From Felis catus (Eukaryota), in contig NC_058371.1 in the NCBI RefSeq assembly GCF_018350175.1, forward strand, positions 161,758,001 to 161,822,000: 64,000 bases of DNA. The letters run 5' to 3'. Under the pieces are notes generated by a model, which was given only the letters and a program-made list of their open reading frames with translations, had not been told where the DNA came from and made no database searches. Below are positions 47,130 through 61,201 of this stretch, one piece after another (position 1 is the stretch's first letter; each line of letters opens with the position of its first letter). The translations under genes were made by a program, and so were the position numbers.

Positions 47130-48700
47130 GTTTTCAGCCAAGCTTGGTTCTCTTCTAGTCTTTCCTATCTCGGGTAATGACACCACCATCTTCTCAGTTG
47201 CCCGAGCTTCAAAGACAAGTGTTTCCTTTGTTTTTCCTTCTCCCTGACTCCCCATATGCAGGCTATTAACAAGTTTTATCGATTTTACCTTCCAAGAATA
47301 TCTAAAATCTGTCCCTTCTTCTCCCTCTCCACTGCACCCCACTAGTGCCAACAGATTCCTCTCATCGGGACTCACCCTCCAGTTGTTTCTCTACATCTTC
47401 TGTTGCCAACTGTCAATCCATTCTCCACACAGCAGTCAGGGTACTCTTTCTAAAATGTAAACTCTTATTTTTTTTATGTAAGTCAAATATATATTGTTGA
47501 AATGTAACATATATACAAAAAGAACACAAACCGTAGTGTATAACTCAGTGATTTTATATACAACGAACACACTCATGACTGGTATCCCAGACGTCCTCTT
47601 CCGCTATTTCTACACTAGCCTCTTCCAAGGGTACCCATTGTCCTAACTTCCAACACCATTGGTTGGTTTTCACCTGCTTGAAAACATTGTCACAGAATTA
47701 CAGATTCTATATGAATCATAGATAAATAGAATCATACTTCTGTGTCTGACTCATTTCAGTAAACATTTTGTTAATGAAATTCATCCATGTTGTGGCTTGT
47801 ACTTGTAATTTGTTTATTCTAATTTCTGGAAAGTGTTCTGTTGTATGAATTCACCATTTATTTAACCATCCCATTGTTGTTGGATACTTGAATAGTTTCC
47901 AGCTTTTAGCTATCAAGAATAATACTGCTATAAACCTTCTCATGCCTATCTTTTGGTGAGCCTATGAACCCATTTCTGTTGGGAATATACCTGGGAGTGG
48001 AATTGCTGGGTCATGAAATGTACATGCTTTAGTAGATACTGCCAATGTCCCAATGTGTTGGGACACTGCCCCCACTAGCAAAGTATGAGTGTTCCATTCA
48101 CTTTGTATCCTTTCCAACTCTTGATGTTTGTCTGTCTTTTTCATTTTAGTCATTTTCATGGAGAGTGGGCTGTCATAAATCTGACCAATATCACTTCCTA
48201 CTTAATGACCTTCAAGGCTTCTCGATGAATTTAAAAGAAAACCCAGATTCCTTAAAGTGGCCCTGCCTACCCCTCCAATGTCACCCGATATCACTCTCTT
48301 CCTGTTTCTACACTGATCTCAAATCTGTCAAGCCCTTTCCCACCTCTGGACCAGCACACTCCTCTTCCTTAGCCTGGGAAAAGTTCCTTCTGTCCCACCC
48401 TCTCTCCCACCCTTCCTGTCGCTTTTTTAAAGTCTGTCCTAAGGAGATCTCTGACCGCTCCCTCCTGTGCTTCCTTTCACAGAACTAATCACACAGCGCT
48501 TATCACAGTTTATAGTTACATATTTCTGTTTCCCTGTGGGGTTTTTTTGGGTTTTGTTCTGTCTGTCCCATTAGACTGTAAAGGTCATGAAGACGAGGAA
48601 TCTGTCTCCTTTGAAAACTACTCTAGTCCCTGCGCCTGGGAGACAGCGCTTGGCATAGGGTGGGCACTCAACAAATGTTTATTGAAAGAACAGGTGAATA
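47130..48700. mobile_element. L2 (plus) interrupted by an old L1M 3' fragment (minus, about 47480-48160)
   Basis: L2 tail gggcactcaacaaatgtttattgaa at 48662-48686; L1 ctgggagtggaattgctgggtca motif. Confidence 0.7.
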
Positions 48701-49267
48701 AATCCAGTCCGTTTTAGACTATGAGTGAAATAATGTTTAATATCATCCTTGAATGTGGAGTTTTGACATCCACTGAAGGAAGGTGCCTTTACTTGGGGGC
48801 CTGGACAAGCTTAGCCAGAAGTGGACAGGCAGAGGGACCTGAGGGATGAACCAGCAACTCTTAGACAAGCAGCCCAGAGCTTATTCATGAGCAGGAAGGC
48901 TCTGGGGAAAAAAAGCAGAGCTGACGTTCATCCAAAGAGGTTTTCTAAAGGAAGAAATGACTTAGTCCCTGGGGAAAGTCTGGGTTTTCTAGGAAGTAAA
49001 TTTTTTTGTAAAAATCAAATAGCCTTCCATATGCCCAGGAAGCACCCTAATGTCTCCCAAGAGGGACATTAAATTATTAAGGGACTTAATTATTCCTACA
49101 GAGCAGTATAGGAATTGGGGGGTCAGCTGACTCAGATCTTAAAGCCAGTAGCTTTGGGGTAGGGAGGAACAAGCTGCAAATGTTCTACTGTTTCAATAAC
49201 AATAGGGACAGAATTTAATAATGTGAAAAATAATATTTCTGGCAAGAATTTTGAAAATGCATTGATT

Positions 49268-49483
49268 GGGACGCCTGGTGGCTCAGTTGGTTAAGCATCT
49301 GTCTTCGGCTCAGGTCATGATCTCCTGTTCTCTGGGTTCGAGCCCCGCATCGGGCTCTGTGCTGACAGCTCAGAGCCAGGAGCCTGCTTCGGATTCTGTG
49401 TCTCCCTCTCTGTCTGCTCCTCCCCGACTTGCATTGTGTCTCTATCTCTCTCAAAAATAAATAAGCACTAAAAAAAAAAAAAA
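49268..49483 (+). mobile_element. Can-SINE
   Basis: Diverged TSD gaaaat(g/t)catt(g/a)att. Confidence 0.94.
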
Positions 49484-50525
49484 AGAGAGAGAGAAAATTC
49501 ATTAATTATTATAAGTTGGTAATGTGTATTTCTTAAATGTGTGCAGCCTCCCTTGTGCACACCTGATTTTCCTCGATAGTCTATTCCATCAAATAGCACC
49601 CATCTGACAACCGCTGCTGTGCCTTCCCTACTGGACTGGCGAGGCTAAGCATTCTCTGTGTGTGAGTAGAATAGAAAAATACAGAGTATTCAGATGAGAA
49701 CAAGAGTAGGATTTATTGTCATTTTCATTTAAAATGCCGTATTAACTTCCAGATAATTGGAAGGCATTCATCCTCCGTGACATATGCATTTAAAAGGTTT
49801 ACTTTGGCTCCAATAATCCTACTGATTTAGCTGCAGAAGTATGTTTCAAATAATGAGCTGTGTGTTCAGTGTATCTTAGCACCATATAAATGTGCATTTC
49901 TGCAGGGCACTGGTATTTTAAGTTCAATGTAGTCATTTTGCTATGTAAAACATCTAATTTCAGAAAATGAGTAATCAGTGGTAGATCCTAGCAGTAAACC
50001 CTTGAGGGTCTCTTAGGTGCTCGGGATACAGAGACTTCCAGCGTGTGTGTTTCATGGGGGAAGAGACGGGTAAGCAGGCAAGGGCAGCCAAGCGTAGTAA
50101 GGGTTACAGCAGGGCGGGGGACTATATAGCTGATGTAGGAGCCACGGGAGGCATTCGCTCCAGAATTACAGGGTGTGGTGGGGGCTGTCAAAGGCTCTAG
50201 GACACTGTTCTCTCTTGCTCGACATTTCTTTCCCCCAGTCTTTCAAAAATTCAACTCAGAAGCCAGTCTTTGGAGAGGCCTTCCCAATCTCTTGCCTGGA
50301 ATACTCCCGGAGCGGTCTTCTTACCCCTTTCTGAAGATGATACTTGTGTTCCTGCCGTTTTCACACCCTGGAGGGGCAATCTACGGTAGGAGTCAGGAGT
50401 GTGGACTAGGGTCAGACAGCCTAGATTGGAGCCTTGTCAGCTGCTTGCTATCTGTGACACTTTACTTAACTTTCCTGTGCCTCAGTTTCCTCATCTGTAT
50501 GGAGATCACAAGAGTTAGTAGGAGT

Positions 50526-50736
50526 GGGGCGCCTGGGTGGCTCAGTCGGTTGAGCGTCCAACTTCAGCTCAGCTCATGATCTCATAGTTTGTGGGTTCGA
50601 GCCCCCAGAGGGCTCTGTGCTGATAGTGTGGAGCGTGCTTTGGATTCTCTGTCTCCCTCTCTCTCTGTCCCTCCCCCCCACCTCTCTCAAATAAATAAAT
50701 AAACATTAAAAATAAAATAAAATAAAATAAAATAAA
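50526..50736 (+). mobile_element. Can-SINE inserted in a MIR (about 50380-50800)
   Basis: TSD caaga(g/a)ttagtaggagt; MIR core ctgtgcctcagtttcctcatctgt. Confidence 0.94.
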
Positions 50737-51991
50737 CAAGAATTAGTAGGAGTAAAGCACCCAGAATAGCGCCTGGCAAGTAGTAAGTGCTCAGTTAGAG
50801 ATCTCTTCCATAAGCATTCTGTTTCTTTCATTTTATTGTAACTGCCTTAGAAGCAGGTGCTCTGGTATTCATTTTGCATCCTACCCAAAAGCCCCAACCT
50901 TATCTCCACCCCATCCAGTGTCTAAAATGGCCCCTTGTACATTTCAAGTACAAAATATAACATTTGTTGTAGTTGATAATGGTCTACCAGGTACCACGTG
51001 GATGACATTTGAGTTCCTCCTGGAGATCATTCTAAAAACGCATACAGCGCAGCATTTACATCAAATGCTTACTTACATATATGCTTGTTGCCAGATGATG
51101 ATATCTAATACTTAGTGAGCACTTACTATACGCCAAGCACTTGACTTAGCATGTGACACAAGTTACATTGCTCAAATCACGCTTAAATTTATAAGGCGCT
51201 TTCATAATCTTACAGGAAGCCTGAAAAATTGCCGTCACCCACTTTTCCGGGCACCAAGAATACAATAATATCAATACAATTAAATTTTATATTATCTAAA
51301 TACAACATACTTTTATATACTATTTCAAAGCCATTTCTTTCTGCAAACTTGCTATAATTACAGCGGTATTGTACTTCTCTGTGTTCTAATTCTAAAATTA
51401 CCATGTGCACGGAGGGGAGATGCCTTTGTACCTTCATAATAGATCTCTCCACCACTCTGGAGAGTACACATACCCAAACGCACAGCCAGCTACGTTGTTA
51501 GAAGACATTGTACAGGTCAAACCATAATTAAAATAATCATTATTTACATAGCACCGTAAATGTATCCACTGCTTGAGTCATAATCACAGTAGTTAGAGAC
51601 AGAAAACAGCAATTATATAATCTAGTCAACCCCAGTAAATGTATGTCAGCCAAGATCCCAGCAGAGATCTGAGAATTAATTTTCAAGCAAAAATAACAGG
51701 CACGCGGAATCACACGTTGTTCTCAGAGTCCCATTTTCTTCACTTCGGTGTGTTTTTCATTTGTTTGTTCATTCATTCACTCACTCGTTCATTCGTTCAC
51801 TCACCAGACATAGCTTCGACATTGTTTACCATGAGCCAGGCCCTTTGCCAGGAACAGATATGTAGAAGAATAAGAAAAGGTCCTTGATCCCAGGGGCTTT
51901 CGGCTCCTGAAAGACAAACAAACAAAGATGAATATACTCAATAATCAGATGGGAGTGATTTGCATATATGCAATTCACTTCTGCAAATTAG

Positions 51992-52417
51992 TTATTTATT
52001 TTGTGGGAGAGAGAGAAAGAGTGCACAAGCCTGGGAGAGGCATGGAGAGAGGGAGAGAGACAATGTCAAGTAGGCTGTGTGCAGGCAGGGCAGAGCCGGA
52101 CGGGGGTTCAATCCCACCAACCATGAGGTCATGACCTAAGCCGAAATCAAGAGCTAGACGCTTAACCAACTGAGCCACCCAGGAGCCCCTATTCTATTAG
52201 TTTTGTTTTTTTTTTTCAACGTTTATTTATTTTTGGGACAGAGAGACAGAGAATGAACGGGCGAGGGGCAGAGAGAGAGGGAGACACAGAATCAGAAACA
52301 GGCTCCAGGCTCTGAGCCATCAGCCCAGAGCCCGACGCGGGGCTCGAACTCACAGACCGTGAGATCGTGACCTGGCTGAAGTCAGACGCTTAACCGACTG
52401 CGCCACCCAGGCGCCCC
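51992..52417 (-). mobile_element. Old Can-SINE (51992-52189) plus young Can-SINE (52205-52417)
   Basis: Perfect TSD tattctattagtttt around the young copy. Confidence 0.94.
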
Positions 52418-52419
52418 TA

Positions 52420-53040
52420 TTCTATTAGTTTTAGGTGTGCATCAGAGTGATTCAACATTTTTATACATTATGAAATGATCCCCTCGATACATCTAGTTAT
52501 TATCTGCCACCATATAAAGGCATTACAATATTATTGACTTTATTCCCTTTGCTGTATGTTACATCCTTGTGACTTATTTATTTTATGTGGAAGTTTGTAC
52601 CTTTTAATCCCCTTCACCCGTTTCACTCCCACCCCTAATGTCCCCCCCACCGACCCCAACCATTTTGTTTCCTGTATCTNNNNNNNNNNNNNNNNNNNNN
52701 NNNNNNNNNNNNNNNNNNNNNNNNNNNNNNNNNNNNNNNNNNNNNNNNNNNNNNNNNNNNNNNNNNNNNNNNNNNNNNNNNNNNNNNNNNNNNNNNNNNN
52801 NNNNNNNNNNNCCACATTGTTGCAAATGGCAAGATGTCATTCTTTTTTTATGGCTGAGCAATACTCCATTGCATATATATCGCATCTTCTTTATTCATTC
52901 ACCTGTCGACAGACAGTTAGGTTGCTTGCATACCTTGGCTATTGTAAATAATGTTGCAGGGAACAGAAGGGTGTATATATCTCTTCGAATTAGTGTTTTC
53001 ATTTCTGTCGGGTAAATACCCAGAAGCAGAATTGCTGGTC
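52420..53040 (-). mobile_element. Carnivore L1 3' fragment spanning the gap
   Basis: tttttatggctgagcaatactccattg...gtaaatacccagaagcagaattgctgg. Confidence 0.85.
52680..52811. other. Assembly gap (132 N)
   Basis: Run of n. Confidence 1.
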
Positions 53041-54759
53041 AGAAATGATCATTATTATCCTATTTTACCAATGATGAAGATGAGGCCTGGAAAGATTAAG
53101 TAACGTAGTCCCAAATAGTTTCCACCCTCTTCAGCCCCCTGCCTCTTACCATGAAATGTCTCCTGAGGCTGTATGTATCCAGGGGTACATCAGGACCACC
53201 TTGCAGCACCTCGCCAAAGGCTCCGAAATGGATGGGGGCTCAAACTCAGACAGTATCCTGCGTGAGTGCGGGGCTCCAGAACCTAGTCTTGGAGGGGTCT
53301 TCTCAGCTACTGCTCTGGGCAGTATCCCCACTGTGTTTCTTTCCTCTCTCTACAGTCCTGTCTGCAGAATGATCCCAGAGCTTGGTATCCATGTGATTCA
53401 GGAAGTTGCAATCACCGAAACGCATCCTTCTCCCCAAATATTTTCTTACCCCCTCCCCTCCTCCCACCTCCCATATCTCACTTCCAGACAATTGCACCAT
53501 GTCTCACAAACTAACTTCCAGGGGCCAAAGGGCCTCCCCCAAACTGCAAAGTGGTTTTCTGAACCTTCAACTGGAAACACACAGACACACACACACACAC
53601 CCCTCAACCTTCCCTCCCCCAGGGCTTCTGCTCCAAAGTAGTTCATGACAGTGGGCATGCACTGAAACATTGGAATGGCTCCCAATTACGAGGCTTCCTT
53701 CTCTTCCTTCTTTGGTGCCACCCCTCTTTGCTGAGGAGGCAGTGGGGGAAAGACTGGTCAAGTGTGCCTTGAGCCTGACAGTTCCCGCCCATCTCCACAT
53801 TGGCGGAGCTTGCTTCTGGAGCTTCTGTCAAGGCTGTTCGGCTTCCTTATTCTCCGGGGATGGGAAGAAGGAACAGTGATGGCTGGACAGTGGACAAGCT
53901 CCCTGTCCAGTTGTCTTCATGCCTACAGATGGGATCAATAGCAGTATCCGTGGGAGGTAATGGAGGCGAAAGTGAAGGGGCAAGAGGCCCATATCCCTGC
54001 TTCAACCGTTCTCATACCTCTTACTCGAGCCTGGATCTAGCTCTCAAAACCTTATTTATTGACTTCTGGTTCCAAAGGTAAGGCTGGTCAAGATACCATC
54101 GTAAGCGTACCTTGTCAATTCTTTAAGAGATATTTGACTCTTGGAAAAAACTCTTCTTGGGTAGCCTGGTAATTGTGTCTGTCACCTACCAATGACGGTA
54201 GAGTGCTCTGATGGCCGCCAACAAATATGACCTAGAATGTGGGTGATGTACTAACCCTTAATTGCTATTCGTCTTTATTTAACCACCGATTGACCGGTAG
54301 AAAAACTGTGGAATGATGGTTCAGTCCTTGTTTCAATTTTCCCCCAGTAGGAGACATACTTTTACAGTCATTGCCATTAGCAGCCAGTATGCACTCAGTT
54401 CTCATGACTCAGTTCCACACACTGGAGTGGTTACAAATATTTCAAGCCCATTCGAGGGAAATTTAACAAGAGAGAAAACGGGATTAAACTTGGTGTCTTT
54501 CAGCAGTCCTTGACCCAGATGAGCAAACTCTCCTCTGGAAACTCGTATATTCTAAAGCAGCAAACAAAAGTGTTTCTATGCTGCCCTGTTTCAAACAATA
54601 AACCTCTGATGCAGAGTATAATAAAGGTGAATCACAAAATACTCCATCACTATCCTTTCCCATCACCTTCTCTCTTCCAAGTTATGTAACATCCTGATCT
54701 TTCATCCACCAAAGCCTCAGTTGATAAAAAAAACACCAAGAAGTAAACAGGGCAGCTAA

Positions 54760-54895
54760 AATTAGCTTCATGGAATGGATGCGGAAACTGAGGCTCAGGG
54801 AAGTTAAATGATCTGCCTCGGTCACACAGTCTGTGACAATATCAGGGTAAAACACAGATCTCCAATGCCCCAAGACTGACTCCTCTCCCTATAGG
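54760..54895 (-). mobile_element. MIR
   Basis: gaaactgaggctcagggaagttaaatgatctgcctcggtcacacag. Confidence 0.8.
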
Positions 54896-55256
54896 TTTGG
54901 TGATTTCTGACCCTTGACCTCTGAGCTCTGGGATGGAAAGGTGAGCTCCTCTCTACCTGTAGGTTAATGGTTTACTCAAGCACTTTGCCCTCTCATGGGC
55001 CATCAAAGATAATGGTGCATATGAAACATGAGGACTTTCATAGTTAATCAAATGTAAATAAAGTGGAAATTTGCCATGGAAAGTCCTAAAAAAAAAAAAA
55101 AAACAGACACACACACGATAACTTTTGAGCTCTATTTTATTGAAAGTTGGACTTAAATTTGTTTTCTTATTGAGCATTCTCCCAATAGTTAATCAATGCA
55201 AAAATATTAACCACCTACCATGCAGGTAGAGAGTGACGTATAAGAAGTTATCCCTG

Positions 55257-55782
55257 GGGATACAGGTATGCTGTTTCGAAGGGACACATGCACCCCAATG
55301 TTTATAGCAGTGCTATCAACAACAGCCAAAATATGGAAAGAGCCCAAATGTCCATCGATGGATGAATGGATAAAGAAGATGTGGTATATATATATATACA
55401 ATGGAGTATTACTCGGCAATCAAAAAGAGTGAACTCTTGTCATTTACAACTACATGGATGGAACTGGAGGGTATTACGCTAAGCGAAATTAGTCAGAGAA
55501 AGACAAATACCATAGGACTTCACTCATGTGAGGACTTTAAGACACAGAAAAGATGAGCATAGGAAGGGAAGCAAAAATAATATAAAAACAGGGAGGGGGA
55601 CAAAACCTAAGAGACTCTTAAATATGGAGAACAAACAGAAGGTTACTGGAGGGGTTGTGGCAGGGGGGATGGGCTAAATGGGTAAAGGGCACTAAGGAAT
55701 CTACTCCTGAAATCATTGTTGCACTATATGCTAACTTGGATATAAATTTTAAAAATAAATTAAACAAAAATTAAAAAAAAAA
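55257..55782 (+). mobile_element. 5'-truncated felid L1 (same subfamily as the 12122 copy)
   Basis: Aligns by eye with 12235-12740; TSD aagttatccctg. Confidence 0.95.
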
Positions 55783-55793
55783 AAGTTATCCCT

Positions 55794-56030
55794 GGGGCGC
55801 CTGGGTGGCTCAGTCGGTTAAGCGGCAGACTTTGGCTCAGGTCATGATCTCCTGTTCCGTGGGTTCGAGCCCCGCCTCAGGCTCTGTGTTGACAGCTCAG
55901 AGCCTGGAGCCTGCTTCAGATTCTGTGTCTCCCTCTCTCTCTCTGCCCCTCCCCCGCTCACAGTCCCTCTCTGTCTCTCAAACAATGAATAAAAACGTTA
56001 AAAAATTGTTTAAAATTAATTAAAAATAAA
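55794..56030 (+). mobile_element. Can-SINE
   Basis: Same TSD aagttatccctg. Confidence 0.95.
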
Positions 56031-56379
56031 AAGTTATCCCTGACCTAAAGGAGTTTGAGTCTAATTGGTGGTGGACAAACACAGAGGAAGCAATTAGTAA
56101 TGTCAATAGCTCTTGAATGTTGACTGCGATGGTGTGTAATGGGAAAACTAAACTCAGGACACAGAGAAACAACTCAACAGCCTGACACATGCCAATTTGG
56201 ACTGGCCCTGAGTGAACATTCCAGTGGAAAGAGGTCAGGCCTCTATTATTGTTTGCAGTCTTTGTGCAGCCTATCCTGATGGGCTGAAATATCCTTAAAG
56301 GATATTTAAGGATAACCTCCTCAAAGGAGGTTATTTGTTGATACATCTCCTTATTCCCACAGTTCCTACATTAGCAGAA

Positions 56380-56610
56380 TTGTCCAGAGTGGGGCCCCTG
56401 GAGCTAGGCTTCAAATCCTCCCTCTACCACTGATTAGTCCTCTAACCTTGGACAAATTACTTAAACTTTCTATGGCTCAGTTTCCCCATCTATAAAATGA
56501 CTATCTATGTCATAGGGTTGTTATGAGGAATGAATGAATTACTACACGTCAAGCGTTTAGAAAAATGTCTGACAACACGTTGAATGTTCCACACATGTGA
56601 ACTGTTATTA
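56380..56610 (+). mobile_element. MIR
   Basis: accttggacaaattacttaaac...ctcagtttccccatctataaaatg...agggttgttatgaggaatgaatga. Confidence 0.85.
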
Positions 56611-56859
56611 CAGTGAATTGCAGCTGGTCAAAGTTTATCTGATCAACTAGAGTATAAAAGGCACAAGGGCAGAGTTTTGTTGGCTAAACTTCTGTGAGCA
56701 GACTCATTCAGCCGTCTTTACTGAGCACCTACTACGTGCCATGGGGATGCAGTGGTAGACAAGATAGACGGGGGCACAGAAACAAGACGAAGAAAGCAGA
56801 AGATTAGAGTTTTCCTTTAGGATGAAAACTGATCACTTGAGCCATGTTGCTGTTGTCGT

Positions 56860-57985
56860 TGTTTTAATAGACTTCACTTTGTAGGACAGTTCTAAGTGTA
56901 CAGAGAAATGGAAAGATAATGCAGAGTTCCCACAAACCCCTCCCACAGGGACACACAGTTTCCCCTATCATTAACATGTTAACGTTAGTGTGGTAGGTCT
57001 GTTACAATTGACGAACCAATATTGGTATGTAATTAACAGAGGCCTCAATTAATATCAGCATTCACTCTTTGTGTTGTGCAGTTCTGTGGATTTTGACAAA
57101 AGCACACTGTCATGCATCTGCCATGATAGTGTCATACCGAATAGCTGCAGCACCCTAAAAAGCCTGTTCTTCACCCCTTCGTCCTTCCCCCACCCCATAC
57201 AACCCTTGGCAACAACTGATCTTTCTACTGTCTTTATAGCTTTGCTTTTTTCCCCAGAATATCATACAGTGGAAATCATAAAATATGTGGCGTGTGTAGA
57301 CTGGCTACTTTCACTTAGAAATATACATTTAATATTCCTCCATGGCTTTTCATGACTTGGTAGCTCATTTCTTTTTTATCACTGAGTGATATGCCATTGT
57401 GTGGTGCGCTCGTTTATTTGTCCCTTCGCCTATGAAAAGGCATCGTGGTGGTTTCCCGTTTTGAGCCATCACAAATAAAGCTGCTATAAACATTCACGTG
57501 CGCAGAGTGTTATCTGGACCTGGTTTTCATTTGGACACATCCCGGGCGGCACGATTGCTGGATCGGATGGTAAGACTGTTTAGCTTTGTAAGAAGCTGCC
57601 AAAGGGTCTTCCAAGGTGTCTGTGCCATTTTCGCGCTCCCACCAGCAGTGTTCCTGACATTCTACATGCTGGGCAACATTTGGAGTTTGTCAGTGTTTAA
57701 GATTTTCATCATTCTAGGAAGAATTTAGTAACATCCCATTGTTTTAACTTGCAGATCCCTAATGGTATCTATGTTGAGCACCTTTTTATATGCTTATCCC
57801 ATTTACTTATCTCCTTTGGTGGGTATCTGTTCGGGTCTTTTGCCCATTTCTCAATTGGACTGCTTATTTTTTTATTGCTAAGTTTTAAGATTTCTCTGTA
57901 TCTCTTGGATACAGGTTCTTTATCAAGTACACGTTTGGCAAGAGCATTTCTCCCAGGCTGTGGCATGTCTTTTCATTCTTCATAT
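56860..57985 (-). mobile_element. Old L1 (L1MB/MC-like) 3' fragment
   Basis: ORF 57769-57966 RYREILKLSNKKISSPIEKWAKD is an ORF2 remnant; typical 3'UTR. Confidence 0.85.
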
Positions 57986-57990
57986 TATTT

Positions 57991-58228
57991 GGGGGCACCT
58001 GGGTGGCTCAGCTGGTTAAGCATCTGACTTCAGCTTCAGATCATGATCTCGCGGGTTCGTGAGTTCGAGCGCTGCGTCAGGCTCCGAGCTGACAGCTTGA
58101 AGCCTGGGGCCTGCTTCGGATTCTATGACTCCTTCTCTCTCTTTGCCCCTCCCCTTCTTGTGCGCTCTCTCCGTGTCTCTGTCTCTCTAAAAAATAAACA
58201 TTTTTTTAAAACAAAAAAAATTTTTTAA
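57991..58228 (+). mobile_element. Can-SINE
   Basis: Head, body, tail. Confidence 0.93.
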
Positions 58229-59908
58229 AGAGTCATATTCTTTTGGGTGCAAGTTAATATTCCCTGATCCCCTAGGGTTAGTAATCCACCGTGCCATTGG
58301 GTTAGAATTAGTGCTACCTTCGTCAATAAAATAAACAATGTTGGCTACAAATGCAGAAGGGTCTCACTAGACATTTTCTGTTGGTAGTCAGAGATTAGAA
58401 CAAATGGGATCAAACCGCATCAGAAAAACCACACTTAAATGGAGTTTCATTGGGAAAAATCCTGCCCTGAACAAATGTTTGGAAATAAAGGCTAGGCTTT
58501 CTCCCCTGTACTTTCACACCCATCAGGTTTCCTTGCTTTAGAATAAGCCTCTGTATTTAATAAGTTCCATTGGGAGCATGTCCGCAGAAGGGTATTAAAT
58601 CCTTGATGGGTTGTAAATCTTATTTCTTGGCCACGCTGACAGAAACCCAGCCCGGCCACCCCCCTCACCCCATCCCTGAAGAACTTTACAATGTCAGTTA
58701 GTCATTCACATCAATGACTTCATCCATTACCTACGCCCAGCCTGTCTGCCTGGCTGAACCCCTGCAATCATTCTGCACCAGAAGGAACTGCTCTCCGCGT
58801 CGTGAGGATCGGAGGACTAAGAAAAGTCGCAGGGAGGACCGAGGCATGGACACGAACCAGTTGAAAGGTTTCCAGGAACATTTGAAACACTCTTTTTACA
58901 CTTGTGACAAGCGACATGGGTTTTCTTAATGCGCACATACGGCCCCAAATCCCGGTTCATGCACTGGAAGGAAAACAGTCTCACAGAGCAAAGCAGCACT
59001 ACTCTGAGGAGCCAGTTAAGGGATGATTCCAGACCCAGAATGCAGAATTGGCTTCTGAACACCCTGTGCTCAGACCACCTGGGAGTGGTGTCCAGGCCTC
59101 ACCCTGGCCTCCAGAAAATTCTCAGGGCCACCTCACAAGGTGGCTTGTCAGCCAATAGAGAGCAGCACCATTCGCCTGAAGGAAAATGCAGTCTAAGTCT
59201 TCTAGCAGAGGAAATATAAAGAATAATATTTTCCACATGGCTGCACTGAAGAGTTCATTAAAAAAAAAAAAAAAACATTTGGAACTATTATGGAAAATTC
59301 CAAGTTAAATGTACTTTAAAAAAAAAAAAAGCTGGTCAATATTTTGCTGGGAAAATCACACTTGAAGAAATGGTGTTTGCGGCTCCTAGGGAGAGGGCGT
59401 TAGCCTGAAATGTTTTCAAATCAAAATGGCTGCTCTAAAAACATGTACCTTCGAAGGAAACCCTGAGACACCCACTCTCTGTGCCGAGGACGCTCGCTGC
59501 CCCGCTGTGAGCCCGCACCACGGGGAACTTCAACTTGATGGAAATCTGGATTGAGTCTTGTCCGTGTTGGCCGGTAGAGAAAACTGCGCAGTACCTCTTC
59601 TTTGTTTTGTTTTGTTTTGTTTTGTTTCTCAGATGGTGGTGATCACATCTGTTCCTTATCTTTCGTCTTCCATGGTGGTTCTGTTTACAAGGATCCCAGA
59701 AATGACAGGGACTGTGGACGCTCCACGCAGAGGACAGAAGACAAGACTCCCAGGGAGACGGCCTGTCTGCAAACCGCAGAGCCAAAGGTGGGGTTTTCAG
59801 AGTGGCCGCCAGCCCTCGCCGGGTGACTCAGGCTCAGGAGCCAGAAGCACGATGGAAAGGAGCTGGCCTTGTCCAGGGCGGTGCCAGGAACACAGATGCA
59901 ACTTCTCT

Positions 59909-60377
59909 TTTCTTTAAAAAAAATTTTTTTTAATGTTTATTCATTTTTGAAAGACAGGGAGAGACAGAGCACAAGCAGGGGTGGGCGGAGAGAGGGGGAC
60001 ACAGAATCGGAAGCAGGTTCCAGGCTCTAAGCTGTCAGCACAGAGCCCACTGCACAGCACGAACTCACGAACCGCGAGATCATGACCTGAACCAAAGTCG
60101 ATGCTCAACCGACTGAGCCACCCAGGCACCCCAGATGCAACTTTTCTTTTTTTTTTTTTTTAATTTTTTTTTCAACGTTTATTTATTTTTTGGGGACAGA
60201 GAGAGACAGAGCATGAACGGGGGAGGGGCAGAGAGAGAGGGAGACACAGAATCGGAAGCAGGCTCCAGGCTCCGAGCCATCAGCCCAGAGCCCGACGCGG
60301 GGCTCGAACCCATGGACCGCGAGATCGTGACCTGGCTGAAGTCGGACGCTTAACCAACTGCGCCACCCAGGCGCCCC
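59909..60377 (-). mobile_element. Older (59909-60131) plus young (60148-60377) Can-SINEs
   Basis: Target cagatgcaactt occurs three times. Confidence 0.95.
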
Positions 60378-60629
60378 CAGATGCAACTTTTCTAATGTAA
60401 CCTTCCGGGAACGCTTGCCCACTTCCTCCCCAGCAGAAGATCTTACTCTGTAAGCGGACTTCTAATGGCTCCGTGGGCCACCATTTTACCATTTCCTTCT
60501 CCTACTCTTTTGGCTCCTTCCCTCCTTTCCTTCCTAGATTCCAGGAGGTCAGGGTCAGGGCACCTTACCTTTCTGGTCCCCAAACACCATTATTTTGGCA
60601 AGATGTTTTGACAATACAGTGAATGCCTG

Positions 60630-60853
60630 GGGGCGCCTGGGTGGCTCCGTCGGTTAAGCGTCCGACTTTGGCTCAGGTCACGATCTCACGGTCTGTGAGT
60701 TCGAGCCCCGCGTCGGGCTCTGGGCTGACGGCTCAGAGCCTGGAGCCTGTTTCCGATTCTGTGTCTCCCTCTCTCTCTGCCCCTCCCCCGTTCATGCTCT
60801 GTCTCTCTCTGTCTCAAAAATAAATAAACGTTAAAAAAAATTAAAAAGAAAAA
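60630..60853 (+). mobile_element. Can-SINE
   Basis: TSD aca(g/a)tgaatgcctg. Confidence 0.95.
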
Positions 60854-60977
60854 ACAATGAATGCCTGCAAAAAAAGAATCTGGAGCCCTCCTATAGACAC
60901 CCTCAAATTCAAGAGCACAACTTTGACTTTTCAAAGTAGAATCTGGGCCGTTGGCTTTATAATATTTTTTAATCTTA

Positions 60978-61201
60978 CTTTAAAAAAATTTTTTAAATTT
61001 TATTTTATTTTTTGAGAGAGAGAGAGAGAGAGAGAACGAGTGGGGGAAGGGCAGAGGGAGGAGGGGATAGAGAATCTGAAGCAAGCTCCTCACTGACAGC
61101 AGAGAGCCTGATGCAGGGCTCAGACTCGTGAACTGTGAGATCATGACCTGAGCTGAAACCGAGAGCCGGGTGCTTTATCAACCGAGCCACCCCAGTGCTC
61201 C
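60978..61201 (-). mobile_element. Can-SINE (older)
   Basis: TSD taatctta. Confidence 0.92.

Noticed and set aside
53156-53641. 161-aa ATG ORF upstream of PDGFRA
   Set aside because: No recognisable domain; runs through a (CA)n repeat
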